From the NCBI GenBank assembly GCA_964016885.1, contig OZ024740.1, forward strand, positions 379,130,001-379,194,000: 64,000 nt of DNA, in the 5' to 3' direction. Every line of letters begins with the position of its first letter. Position 1 is the first letter of the stretch. This document shows positions 1-11,940 of this stretch, one piece after another. This DNA is from Eledone cirrhosa (Eukaryota). The notes beneath the pieces are model-generated. The model made no database searches and was not told the DNA's origin. It saw only the letters and a program-made list of their open reading frames with translations. The position numbers and the translations under genes were made by a program.

Positions 1-799
1 CGCCAACAGACCTAATCGTGGAAAAACTGCATGCCTGGACAATATGTAAAGAAAATAAACCGAATACTCTGATGGCTGGATAATCTTTAAGATTTTCCTC
101 GATGAAGCAGGAAAAATGCAGGTTTTCATCTAGGGCACCAAGAAAATAAATTTTTTTTATGTGCATAATATGCCTTGAAATTTCGGGAAAATCGGCTAGA
201 CGTAACGCCTAAAGAAATCTCTAAAAAGCTGAAAAAACGCAGTTTTTCACCTAATACGGACAGATGTCACCACTTATGTCAGAGGGAAGTCTGCAATGCT
301 TGAGCAAGGCATGATGTGCAATCGGACCGCATGTGGAGCCTTCTCGAAGGAGTCCACCGCACCTTAGTAAGTAAACGCAACTGGACAAACGTTTACCAAA
401 CTGTGGGTATAATTTAACAAATTTAAAGAGGAATGGTGCAATAAAATGGGCCGCCGAGGCGTGTGCGCGTTCACTGACACCCCAGCAAGGATGGGTAACC
501 ATCAACAATTTCAAGTGGCGGCCCTAAAAAGGGCCATGTGAGCGTTCACTTGTAGCCCTTAATAGTGACTTTGACTGCGTTCTCTGACATTTGAAGGAGG
601 GTGTTACGGTTGCTTCCACTGGTAGCCTTTAGAATGAATCAGAGTGCGTTCGCGGTCCGTTTAACAGCCATACATTGACGCGCCGAGTGCGAAGCGGAAA
701 GTCCATCTCTGAAGGTAGTCACCTGAAGCCGAGGGAAAATGTATTTCAGGTAATAGGCCGTATGAATGGCAACCAGATTGCCTTAAGAAATGTTGATAA

Positions 800-1197
800 C
801 GAACCTACCTCGTTCTTGTGAAAATGCAAGAATACTCTCCCAGCTGCCAACTCTAGAGCACCCAATGAACAACGATCCGCTTAACGACCTTACATTGCTG
901 CACCAATTGTCAAGGGGCAGGTTCTTAGCTGAAGAGTTCACCTTAACCCGTAGAAAAAACGCATTTCAGTTAGTAGCCCGTACGAATTGGTTTAAGAAAG
1001 GGCAATAATGAACCTACCTTGTCGTTGTTGCATTTATAACACCTCGTTGTAAACAATGTTCGTTGTTTTCCCTCGTCGTGCAAATGCAAAAAGCCTCTCC
1101 TGCTGCCAACGCTAGTGCACCCAGCGTACAATTGTCCGTGCGAGAAACAGGGCTCTAGTAACTTTTGTTCTCGTAAAGGCACGTAAGTAAGCAACAC
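800..1197 (-). pseudogene. Helitron Rep/Hel PIF1-type helicase C-terminal remnant (two degenerate copies of the terminal motif)
   Basis: ORF 970-1197(-) reads LLEPCFSHGQLYAGCTSVGS, matching the Helitron helicase motif PxFSHGQLYVAxSRV. A second copy, GSLFIGCSRVGS, reads on the minus strand at ~843-878. Confidence 0.7.
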
Positions 1198-1739
1198 TGT
1201 GAAAACTGAAGCTATTATAGCGATGTTTTACTTTACCGTCTTTAATTTTTAATGTTGTGTGAAATTTATAACCTGCAAACCTGATTTTTGAATCGCAGCA
1301 GGATCGACTTTATTTCACTCGCTACACTAAAAGTTGGATTTTCTTTGCTCACGGTATGAAGAAGAGACTGACTAATACATAGTTACTGGCTTTCATTTTT
1401 AGTGTTGTGTGAAATATATAACCACCTTAGCTAAGCTTAGTATTGCCACAACCACGGCTGGCAAAGAAGTAAGGGTCTGGTGGTACGTAAGTAAGCAACA
1501 GTGTGGCTTAAAACGTGAAGAAGAAGTTGTGTGCACTTAGCAACTGTTTGGGGAATGAGTGTGAGATTTGTCTTGAGCAAGGTTGGCAATATAACCGGAC
1601 AATTAGACATACAGACAGATATTATAAGGGCGCGTTCTGGACGCAGATGGAATTGTGGGAAGTGACGTAATGGGGACAGCCAGACATGCAGACAAATATT
1701 ATAAGGGAACGACGTTATATGTATGTATCTATCTAAAGA

Positions 1740-2470
1740 GAGAAAGTCTAAGAATTATAGAGAGAGATCGCTAAATCGCCTAAAGCGTTCCCTAGGGCAT
1801 TGAAAATTTGAAAATGTTTTTGCTCAGAACATTCCCTGAAACATAAGTATTACATGTTTAAAGTTTGAAAACATTCGGTTGGGTGCTTCTCGAGTTTTAG
1901 GGATTCAAACTCACACACACACACAGACAGACATTCTCAGTTTTATATATATAGACTAGCAGAAAACCACCCGGTGGGCGGTTTTCTGCTAGCAAATCTA
2001 GTGTATATACTGATATTGTTGAGATTTGGATGAGAAATGTTTTCGGCACCACATGTTCACCGTCTCTCGGTGTGTCTTTTATGCATGTATAAATATATAT
2101 GTTATCTATACGGTGAAATCTTTGAAATAAATATATGTTAAAACGAAAAAGGAGAAAAAGAGATTAGTGACGGAAATATAAACGTTATGATACATAAACG
2201 TTATGATATAACGATGGAAATATATAAACGTTTACGATAAAACGATGGAAATAGAAATGTTTATATATAATGATAAGCCGAAACAGTCGTAAGCCGAAAC
2301 ACTCGTAAGTCGAAACACTCGTAAAGCGAAACGTATAAATAAAGATTAATGTAATGAATTTGAAAAGCATAGAGATTTGAAACCGTGTCTATTTGTTTCC
2401 TTGGCATTTTTTACAGACGGACAGACAGACAAACAAACAGAGAAATGCCCATTATATATTATAAATAGAC
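1740..2470 (+). mobile_element. Non-autonomous Helitron/Helentron-like (Lep1/DINE-1-like) units
   Basis: Recurring (ACAG)n-spacer-TTATATATATAGA ends at ~1925-1955 and ~2414-2470, with similar ends at ~2695-2725 and ~3460-3498. Hairpin CTAGCAGAAAACC...GGTTTTCTGCTAG at 1956-1992. Adjacent to the helicase remnant. Confidence 0.45.
2275..2331 (+). repeat. 16-bp minisatellite AAGYCGAAACASTCGT x3.5
   Basis: aagccgaaacagtcgt aagccgaaacactcgt aagtcgaaacactcgt aaagcgaaac. Confidence 0.85.
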
Positions 2471-2732
2471 TTGGCATGGTGTCAAGTCAGAACCGCCTCG
2501 AACTGGTTACTTCTGGCTTGTGCAAGGTGTCTCTATAGCAACCAGAGATTCCCTCGGCCTCAGTGACCAAAGTCAGTGGAGAGGGGAAGGTAATGTTTCT
2601 ATAGCGACAGTGTTTCTCTTGGTAGTACCAAAGTGGAGAAAGGACGGGGAAGGTAATATTTCTGTAGCACCTACATTTGAGTTTTAGGGAAGGACAGACA
2701 GACAGACAAACAGAGAAATGCCCATATATGTC

Positions 2733-2811
<79 letters not shown>

Positions 2812-3029
2812 CACACACAGAAATGTATATATATTTCTGTGTGTATATATATATATTTCTGTGTGTGTATATATATATATATTACACACACAGAAATGTA
2901 TATATATTTCTTAGAACAAAATTATTATTAATGTTTTGCTGTTCATAACAATTTGAATTGAAAAATTACTTTTGAAATTATTAGTTATTTTACTAATGCT
3001 TAGATATGTGAAAATGAAGCAATGTTTCT

Positions 3030-3222
3030 AATAATTGTTTCTACTTTTGGCACAAGGCCAGCAAATAACGCAGTACATTACTGGTACTTTATTTTATCGG
3101 CCCCGTGAGGATGAAAGGCAAAGTTAACCTCGGCAGTATTTGAACTCAGACCGTAAAGAGACGTAACTCCATGCTATGAAGCATGGTGTCCGACTCTCTA
3201 CAGATTCTGCCAATCCACCGCC
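3030..3222 (-). mobile_element. tRNA-derived SINE (octopus OK/Meta-domain-like family)
   Basis: Minus strand has A-box TGGCAGAATC, B-box GAGTTCAAAT, central ACTTTGCCTTTCATCCT...GATAAAATAAAGTACCAGT and tail GTAGAAACAATTATT. More than 10 copies in the window. Confidence 0.85.
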
Positions 3223-3661
3223 CTAATGTCTGTACGTAATGAGGGAGTGAGAGGGGAGAGAAAGAAAGGCAGAGGTGAAGTGACGAAGTGACTCTCTCCT
3301 CCTCCATCTCCCCATTCGTCACAGCAATAGAGGGGAGGAATGTTAGTGCGTTACAAAGAGAAAGAGTGAGAGTGAGAGAAACAGACAGACTAAAAGAGAG
3401 GGATAGCTGGAGAGAGAGAGAGAGATAGCAACCACGCGCGCACGTGTTTCCACTGTCGGACAGACAGACAGAGAAATTGCTGATTATATATTATAAGGAG
3501 TTTATTGTTATTTATTAATGTTAAAGTTATATGATTTTTATGTAAAATCCCCGCCGTCACGTCTTGTAATGTCCCATTTTTGTACGCCCCTGTCTCAAAT
3601 AAAGAAAGATATCTATCTATGTATCTATCTTCATCCCCCCTCTCTCTCTCTCTTACGCTAT

Positions 3662-3743
<82 letters not shown>

Positions 3744-3933
3744 ATATGTGCGTGTACATGAAAATGCTTAATTTGATGTCCGATTGCGTGGTTAACTCAC
3801 CGGGGGTGAGGGGGGTCTCTGTTCCATGTTGGAACATATTAGAATACCCATGGTGGTTCTTAAAAATTGAAACTACTGTCAGGACCACGAAGAAAATTAG
3901 GTAACATTTTTTCTTGTTTACTTTTACCACTTA

Positions 3934-4012
<79 letters not shown>

Positions 4013-4158
4013 ATACTTTGGGAGGGTCATGTTGCCAATAAGAAACACACGCACCAGTTGCTTTCACTTCAATTTATTATAATACATTTATAAATTTAGG
4101 AATTTATAAATTTCCGGTTGGTTGGTTGGTTCCACAACCAGATAGTTGTTTATATATT

Positions 4159-4201
4159 GTCAAAGTTCTTTCGTCACACATTCTGTGACCTCTTCAGTGA
4201 C
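4159..4201 (-). ncRNA. Minimal hammerhead ribozyme motif in a Penelope-type terminal repeat relic (~4008-4460)
   Basis: Minus strand reads GTCA CTGAAGA G GTCACA gaatg TGTGAC GAAA GAAC TT TGAC, with stem I GTCA/TGAC and a 6-bp stem II. Flank is homologous to 62830-63250 and 32220-32455. Confidence 0.6.
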
Positions 4202-4550
4202 TGAGGATTCTTTTCTTTGTTGTTGTGCCTCCCCTTTGTTCTGTCCTACTCCATTTTGTTTCTATTATTACCAAAAATAAAGATACCACTGAAAGATTCC
4301 TGTTTTGAGAATTCGGTGGATACCATGTGGACTGCTACAGTGGAATTGAGAGCCATTCTAGAAGAATCAGTTCAGATGTGCTTTGAACACTTGGAGGATC
4401 GATGGGCTAAGTTTATGGAGGCATGATGGGTATAATTAGAAGGGCATTACGAATTGAACTCCATCGAGTATATAATATGTACACACACACATATATATAT
4501 ATCCATATGTATGTATGTATATATAAATATATACACACACACACACAGAG

Positions 4551-4595
<45 letters not shown>

Positions 4596-4719
4596 TATAT
4601 ATACAGTATATTTGGCAATATACTGTATGCTTAATTAAAAACATTTTGAAGACCTTGCGCTATTGTTTTAAAGTAGTGACTATGTCACTTACTTCTTTTT
4701 TTCAACAAACAAAGGGAGA

Positions 4720-4767
4720 TAAGCTGACAGATCTCTGTTTCATACTGTTGGTAATCATCAGAGCTTA
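4720..4767 (-). ncRNA. Type I hammerhead ribozyme, canonical core
   Basis: Minus strand reads TAAGCT CTGATGA TTAC caaca GTAT GAAA CAGA ga TCTG TC AGCTTA: 6-bp stem I, CUGAUGA/GAAA core, stem III ACAGA/TCTGT, GUC cleavage triplet. Confidence 0.8.
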
Positions 4768-5063
4768 GCACTCACCTTTGTCTGTTGAAAATTATAAATG
4801 TTGAATTCTTATAGAATTCGAGTAATAATCAGGAACTGATTATACAGAGCGATTGCCGGTTCAACAAAAATTGAAAATTAGGATTGGTGTTCTGAAATAC
4901 CGATGTATACATGAATGTATATATAGTATATAATCTAAATTCCAAGAGCACCAATTCTAATATTCAATTTTTGCTGGACCGGCAATCGCTCTGTATAATC
5001 AGTTCCTAATTATTACTGGAATTCTATAAGAATTTATAATTTTCAACAGACAAAGGCGAGTGC

Positions 5064-5111
5064 TAAGCTCTGACGTTTACCAACAGTATGAACCAGAGAT
5101 CTGTCAGCTTA
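5064..5111 (+). ncRNA. Hammerhead copy with core substitutions (probably inactive)
   Basis: TAAGCT CTGACGT TTAC caaca GTAT GAAC CAGAGATCTG TC AGCTTA; A9>U and A15.1>C relative to the 4720-4767 copy. Confidence 0.65.
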
Positions 5112-5305
5112 TCTCCCTTTGTTTGTTGAAAAAAGAAGTAAGTGACATAGTCACTACTTTAAAACAATAGCGCAAGGTCTTCAAAATGCTTTTAATTAAG
5201 CATACAGTGTATTGCCAAATATACTATATATACATTCATGTATACATCGTTATTTCAGAGCACCAATTCTAATTTATATATATATATATATATATAACGG
5301 TTGCT

Positions 5306-5423
<118 letters not shown>

Positions 5424-5517
5424 CGGTTGCTCAATATATATATATATATATACATAACGGTTGCTCAATATTTATGGTACGTCAAAATTATTTATAAAAC
5501 TGTTTATATATTGTATT

Positions 5518-5573
5518 TTATCTGAAGAAGGCATGCCATATTTTTAATATGGTATCCCCGAAATATGTATAAT
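5518..5573 (+). ncRNA. Hammerhead-like motif (imperfect stem I/III)
   Basis: CTGAAGA A GG cATGCCATATT ttt AATATGGTAT cCC C GAAA TATG T ATAA, in a (TA)n-flanked element ~5457-5710. Confidence 0.5.
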
Positions 5574-5806
5574 GAAATAAATATGGTTTTATAAATATAG
5601 TTTCCATTTGTTTAATATCGTATATCTACTCCAAAACTTGTCGAGTGCTTTATATCAGTTATAAAATATTTACTTGTTGTAACCCAACAATTTTAATTAG
5701 AACTTTTGCATATATATATATATATATATATATTTATTAAAATAACAGATTAAAGTTTAAGCAAAGAATCGCTGCTTTGGATTTTAGTCTTCAATTTTAT
5801 TATTAT

Positions 5807-5883
<77 letters not shown>

Positions 5884-5893
5884 TATATAAAAT

Positions 5894-6020
<127 letters not shown>

Positions 6021-6242
6021 CGTAACTGTCTTTATCCCATTGCAGAAACTAATTAGTTGGAGTGAAAATTTAAGTAAGTAAGTAAAAAATTAAAAAAAAT
6101 TTTTTTTTTAAAATATTTTCTTATTTTATATTATTGTTCTGCATTCTCCTGCATTGAACCACCTAGGTACTATGACATAACCTGTGTATTTGCTAGCATG
6201 GGCGTGCATCTGTGCGCTTATGTTAGTTGATATATTAAATTA

Positions 6243-6391
<149 letters not shown>

Positions 6392-6447
6392 GTGAGGGTT
6401 TTTTTTTTTTTTTCACAAAATGAAAAATAACCGAGGTGTCCTACACT

Positions 6448-6744
6448 ATATATATAAAGAAAAAGAGATGAAATCGAAAATGCAACTGGAGTCTTATTTT
6501 TTTTTTAAATATATATATTTATTTGGTTCCTTTACCGGTTTCGCATTTCTTCTGCTTTTCAAAAGGTGAGTTGAGATGGAGGGTCTGTGGTTTTTCTCAC
6601 ATCGTGAGAAAAACCACAGACCCTCCATCTCAACTCACCTTTTGAAAAGCAGAAGAAATGCGAAACCGGTAAAGGAACCAAATAAATATATATATTTAAA
6701 AAAAAAATAAGACTCCAGTTGCATTTTCGATTTCATCTCTTTTT

Positions 6745-6756
<12 letters not shown>
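6448..6756. mobile_element. Perfect palindromic fold-back element in (TA)n
   Basis: Arms mirror around 6602 (...TTTTTCTCAC atc GTGAGAAAAA...). A single-arm paralog lies at ~62617-62752. Confidence 0.85.
6638..6675 (+). ncRNA. Minimal hammerhead with compensatory U3-A8 core (mirror copy at 6529-6566, minus)
   Basis: CCTT TTGAAAA GCA gaagaaa TGC GAAA CCGG TA AAGG: stem I CCTT/AAGG, palindromic stem III ACCGGT, GUA triplet. Confidence 0.7.
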
Positions 6757-6812
<56 letters not shown>

Positions 6813-6865
6813 GTATATATATATATTATACATGTATATATATGTATAAATATATATATATATAC

Positions 6866-6943
<78 letters not shown>

Positions 6944-7190
6944 GTATATACATATATATATGTATGTATAAGGATCTATCGACTTTCGTCAGATCGGACC
7001 GAGGATACAATGTTTCCGTTGGTCTTTCCAGTTGCTAGTACTATCTATCTGTCGCAACTGCAGGTAGAAGCTGCAAATATACATGTATTATTAAAAAAAA
7101 AAAACATTCAACATTTCTACGTTGCTATTTTTACACAGACACGCGCATTCTAACTCACAGATGCACACGCATACGTACTTATTATATGTT

Positions 7191-7295
<105 letters not shown>

Positions 7296-7396
7296 ATAAT
7301 AATTAATTTGAAGACTAAAATCCAAAGAGGGCTCGATAAGGATAAATATATATATCAAATATATAAGAACCGTAGATCAAATATTTATTAAATCTG

Positions 7397-7476
<80 letters not shown>

Positions 7477-7589
7477 CGAAGGAATTGTGGTAAGGAACCA
7501 GATGGACCATAACGCACCAAAGTACTCAATACTTAGGGTAGTAGAGTGGGTTATACTTGTTCCTATATATATATATATATACATATATA

Positions 7590-8425
7590 TATGTAAATAT
7601 GAAAATAAACGTGCTGCGGGGTTGCTAATGGGTTACATATGAATAATGTTAGTCCTTCATCAGTGATCTTCCAACCATCATTGGTATTTCATCGCTTTAA
7701 AGACCATATACCTCCGGTTGGTGCGAGCAACGGCTAAAAAAAGTCGTTGGGACACCAATGATGGTTGGAAGATCACTGATGAAGGACTAACTTTATTCAT
7801 ATGTAACCCATTAGCAACCACGCAGCACGTTTATTCTCATATTTACACATATTTTTTCCCCGCTGTTACCCATCTATTTCGTTCTTACTGCTTCCTCTTT
7901 CTCTGTATCTTTACCCTCTCTAGCAGTCACTCTCTCTGTTAGCCTCTTCCTCACCCTTCACCCACTCATTCTCTGTTACTACCTCTCCTCCTCCTTCTTC
8001 CCGTTTGACCTGTGCGTAATTCTTTTCTTTCGCACCCTTGGTCTGGCAGGTCGCTTTTTTCTCTCTTTCGTCTACGATTTCACAGAACTTACGTTCACCG
8101 AAATCACAGACTAGATCCCTTCTTCCTCCCGTTAGACCTGTACGGAATTCCTTCCTTGCTCACATTCCAACCAGGTTTGATTGTCTTTATTCTCTCTCGT
8201 TCACGATTTCACCGAATTTAAATTCATAGAAATTTGGGACTTGACCCCTTCTTCCTCACTTTTCGTTGCTTCACCATTTTTGTTTGTTTACACTCGTGTC
8301 CCCTTTATTTACGTGTCCCAACGACTTTTTTTTAGCCGTTGCTCGCACCAACCGGAGGTATATGGTCTTTAAAGCGATGAAATACCAATGATGGTTGGAA
8401 GATCACTGATGAAGGACTAACTTTA

Positions 8426-8432
<7 letters not shown>
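7590..8432. mobile_element. Penelope-type inverted plus direct terminal-repeat element in (TA)n
   Basis: 7596-7685 is inverted to 7754-7845, and 7640-7755 is inverted to 8314-8430. The direct repeat ACCAATGATGGTTGGAAGATCACTGATGAAGGACTAAC occurs at 7754 and 8384 (630-nt unit) and contains a CTGATGAAG half core. Confidence 0.7.
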
Positions 8433-8460
<28 letters not shown>

Positions 8461-8463
<3 letters not shown>

Positions 8464-8865
8464 TAAAAAGGAAAAGAAAATGGTGACAAATTTTTCCCAG
8501 TGAAAAATAATTTAATTAGGAATAAGTATAAATTAGTAATAAGTATTAATTTGTATTCAGTTTTAGTTTTAAATTTTTACCGGTTGCGCATTTCTTATGC
8601 TTTTCAAAAATAATTTTGAGATAGAGTGTTCGTGATTTTTGCTCTGATCTGCAAAAATTAGAGCAAAAATCTCCAGATTAGAGCAAAAATCACGAGCACT
8701 CTATCTCAAAATTATTTTTGAAAAGCATAAGAAATGCGCAACCGGTAAAAATTTAAAACTAAAACTGAATACTAACTAATACTTATTACTAATTTATACT
8801 TATTCCTAATTAAACTATTTTTCACTGGGAAAAATTTGTCAGCATTTTCTTTTCCTTTTTACTAA
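8461..8865. mobile_element. Fold-back element, divergent relative of the 6448-6756 family
   Basis: Arms ~8461-8650 and ~8675-8865. Hammerhead-like TTT TTGAAAA GCAT aagaa ATGC GCAA CCGG TA AAA at 8715-8750 and its mirror. Confidence 0.8.
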
Positions 8866-10239
8866 TATATCACAACTCTGTGTCACACCTCTATTTTTTA
8901 ATGTGTCACACCTCTATTTTTTAAAAATATATATATATATATAAATATATATATATGTATATAAACATATATAAATATATATATATGCATATATAATATA
9001 TACGTATGTGTGTGCATCTGTGAGTTTGTATGCGCGTGTCTGTGTAAAAATAGCAACGTAGAAATGTTGAATGTTTTTTTTTTTAATAATACATGTATAT
9101 TTTATTTTTTAATTACATTTAATAGGATTTGTTATTGACAATAAAATTCCAGATCATTTTTGGAAAGAAGAAAAAGTTATTCTAAAAATATATTAGTCTA
9201 CATGTTTCGAAACTTTCAGTTTATAGAATTCGTATATCTTAAGATATTACAAACTTAGTTTTTTTTAGTCAAGAAAAAAAATTCTAATTTAATAATACCG
9301 ATGTCTAAAATTAAATCTGATTTTCAATTACTATATATTTTGAGAGAAATACTGTAAGCTATATTCCTGTTAGGATGTCGGAAGAAAAATTACCTCACTA
9401 TTTGTACTGGCCCACTGGGCTCTAAATTCAAATCCCACCGAGGTCAACTTTACCTTTTTTCCTTTCGAGGCCAATAAATAAAGTACCATATTAAGTTCGT
9501 TTCTTCGCTTTTTTATCAGTTTCTTTCGTTCCCTCCCACCTTTTCTTAAAGAAATCGGCTATATTCAGAAATTGAGAAGGATATGCTTCTCCAGGTTTAA
9601 ATGCTCAAGATACGCCGTGTGTCAATACAGAGCACCCATGACTCCATCAGGTGTTATAAACACTTTACTTTACAGTTATACAGTTATATACTGGTGCTTA
9701 AACTTAACATATAATATTAAATCAACCAATATTCTTTATATCTACAGAAAACTAATGAGTGCTTAGTATATACTCGATATTTCAGAAAAAGAAAACAACA
9801 ACAGAATAATACGAATTAAGGTAAAAATAATAAATTAATAACCAATAATATGAATATAAAATACATCGCCGTGTGATCAAGACGACTTCTTCGAAAGCAC
9901 AAGATTCGATCATGCTGCATGGCACGCCGGGGAAGTATCACCTTCTGTAGCATTGGTTTGAGCAATATCTTGCTAGAAGGATTTAGTAGAGAGATGCTGT
10001 GCGAAAGCCCGTTGTATATATGATATGTATATAAAACACAAAGACAGGATGGAGTAGACGTTTAAGACCAGGAAAAGAGAAGGCACGAAACATATAGTCA
10101 TTGAGGAGGTCAGAATTGTGTGACGAATGAAGAACGATAAAGATAAAGACGAAGGAAAATTATATGGTGCATGGGTTTCTTTCTATTGGTAAAATTGGCA
10201 ACAAGACCACCCCACAAATATAACAATATTTTTGTCAAC

Positions 10240-10324
10240 GTGCCTTAATGAAGGGCCAGTTTAAAAGTACCTTCTCCAGTATGCAGCGGTGGAGATGACT
10301 GGACCCCGAAACCATTGGTAGCAC
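10240..10324 (+). ncRNA. Degenerate hammerhead motif
   Basis: GTGC cttaatga A GGG CCAGT...ACTGG a CCC C GAAA CCA t TGG TA GCAC. Stems I, II and III pair, but the 5' core is degraded. Confidence 0.5.
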
Positions 10325-10421
10325 ACACATGTTAAGTGTATAAAACTTTATTTACTCTAAATAAGCTCTATTCCAACAGATCAAGCACTGTTTTCCTTCA
10401 TCTTTCATCTACGGATTTCTA

Positions 10422-10470
<49 letters not shown>

Positions 10471-10974
10471 GCGTGTGTGCGTGTGTGCGTGTGAGAGAGA
10501 GAGAGTGAGTGCGTGTGTGTATGCATGTGTAGATATACATCTATGCATGAAATATATGTGAGTATTTCGGCGCAATGTTGTGAATTGTGTCTCATACTAT
10601 CAATATGATAGCTAAGCGTTTCTATAGATCGTTAAAATAATGACGTGACTGAAATATTCAGAGGGGTCAATATTTTCTAAAATCCTGCATGGCCACAGAC
10701 CATTTACTGAAACCAGAAAGAAGAATAAATAAAACTAAAACGATAGTTGTTCAACCGTATAGTTATATGTATCCACCTGAAGTAGTAGTTTAATGTAAAA
10801 AGTTTGTTAGCACAAAAAGTGTCTAAGGCTATATACACTTCGTCAAGCGCTGTAGATCATATGTATACAAATAACATAATCATGATCAACATATAATCAA
10901 ACAAAACAGAGTTTATAAAAATATTATATAAAATATTATGCATAGAAGTTATAAACAAAACAGATACATACATA

Positions 10975-11385
10975 CATGGTGGCTGCCAACTCGTTTTCGA
11001 GTACGGCCACTACTTTATATCCATGTAGGAGAACTCCTACCGATGCGCTGAACGAGTGTGACTTTTTAGTCCAGCCAGCGACTTGAAAAGTCTGGTACAA
11101 ACAGTACACTTGTGACAATTACTGACACATAGTGCTGGGCCCATGGTACCATGTGGCGACAAGTGCAGAGAGATCTCTAGATATAAAGCAATGCCTGTGC
11201 TGTGAAGCTTTTATAGTGAGCAAAGGCACTGCACAAAGCCAGTCCCACTCTCTTAACCAAGATGATATTTACCAAAAAGAAGAACAAGTCAACATCATTG
11301 GATACCATCAGAGTTGCAGGTGTTATATGAGAGTTTTCCTTCTCCTAGAATTCTGCCTTGACAAAGGCTAAGGGGTCATCTCCCC
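10975..11385 (-). mobile_element. Non-autonomous bipartite RTE-derived element
   Basis: Highly similar reverse complement of 25417-25822. RTE-like 3' stem-loop GTGGCCGTACTCGAAAACGAGTTGGCAGCCAC followed by (ATGT)n. Confidence 0.7.
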
Positions 11386-11514
11386 ATACATACATACACT
11401 CATACATACATACATGCATTCATACATACATATATACACACACATGCATACATACATGCATATATACATACACACAGACACATATCCATCCATCCATACA
11501 TACATACATTTTGT

Positions 11515-11815
11515 ATGTTGGTCTTCCGTCAGTTTAGACGACGAGATATCCAGTTCTTTGAACAGCAGTACAATCTGCTGCTGTAGGTAACGTGCAAGTA
11601 GCTGAGCATTCCATAGGCACTTAATATAGTTCTCTGGATATTCAGGATGACGCAGTAGGTAGCAAGGCAGGCCTTTTTCATTTACGGGTTTAATTCGTTT
11701 GTTTCCATCTGAGTGGACTGAAGCTACAGAAAATGAATTGTCTGGCTGAAGGACATAATGGGCTTCCGGATATTGAATACATGACCATACAATCGTGAAC
11801 CGAGCAACCTGAAAA
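11515..11815 (-). mobile_element. Degenerate CORE-type SINE (octopus OR1/OR2-like)
   Basis: GAGTGGACTGAAGC...AAATGAATTGTCTGGCTGAAGGACA..AATG...TTGAA resembles the CORE-SINE TGTCTTGCTCAAGGACACAA motif. Related copy at 43245-43557. Confidence 0.55.
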
Positions 11816-11940
11816 TTGAGCTACATGTATTATTTACATACGTATAAGCACACATACATACATACATACATACATACATACATACATACATACATACATA
11901 CATACATACATACATACATACATACATGCATACATACATA

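Larger units (their letters stand above)
4591..5273. mobile_element. Fold-back element of two inverted, terminally redundant ~312-320 nt monomers (retrozyme/pLTR-like)
   Basis: 4591-4931 is the reverse complement of a permuted 4945-5273. AGAGCACCAATTCTAAT occurs at 4945 and 5257. Flanked by (TA)n. Confidence 0.8.

Noticed and set aside
3030-3222. tRNA genes suggested by A/B boxes
   Set aside because: The boxes belong to SINE heads with a long insert and a SINE body; there is no cloverleaf.
4217-4460. Plus-strand ORF resembling an L1/Tx1 C-terminus (EDRWAKF)
   Set aside because: Too short and degenerate to call.
6448-6756. Assembly fold-back artefact as the explanation for the palindromes
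   Set aside because: Cannot be excluded for this perfect copy, but sibling palindromes (4591, 8461, 40445) have diverged arms and the Penelope at 29-32 kb shows the same inverted-end topology, so it is not the general explanation.
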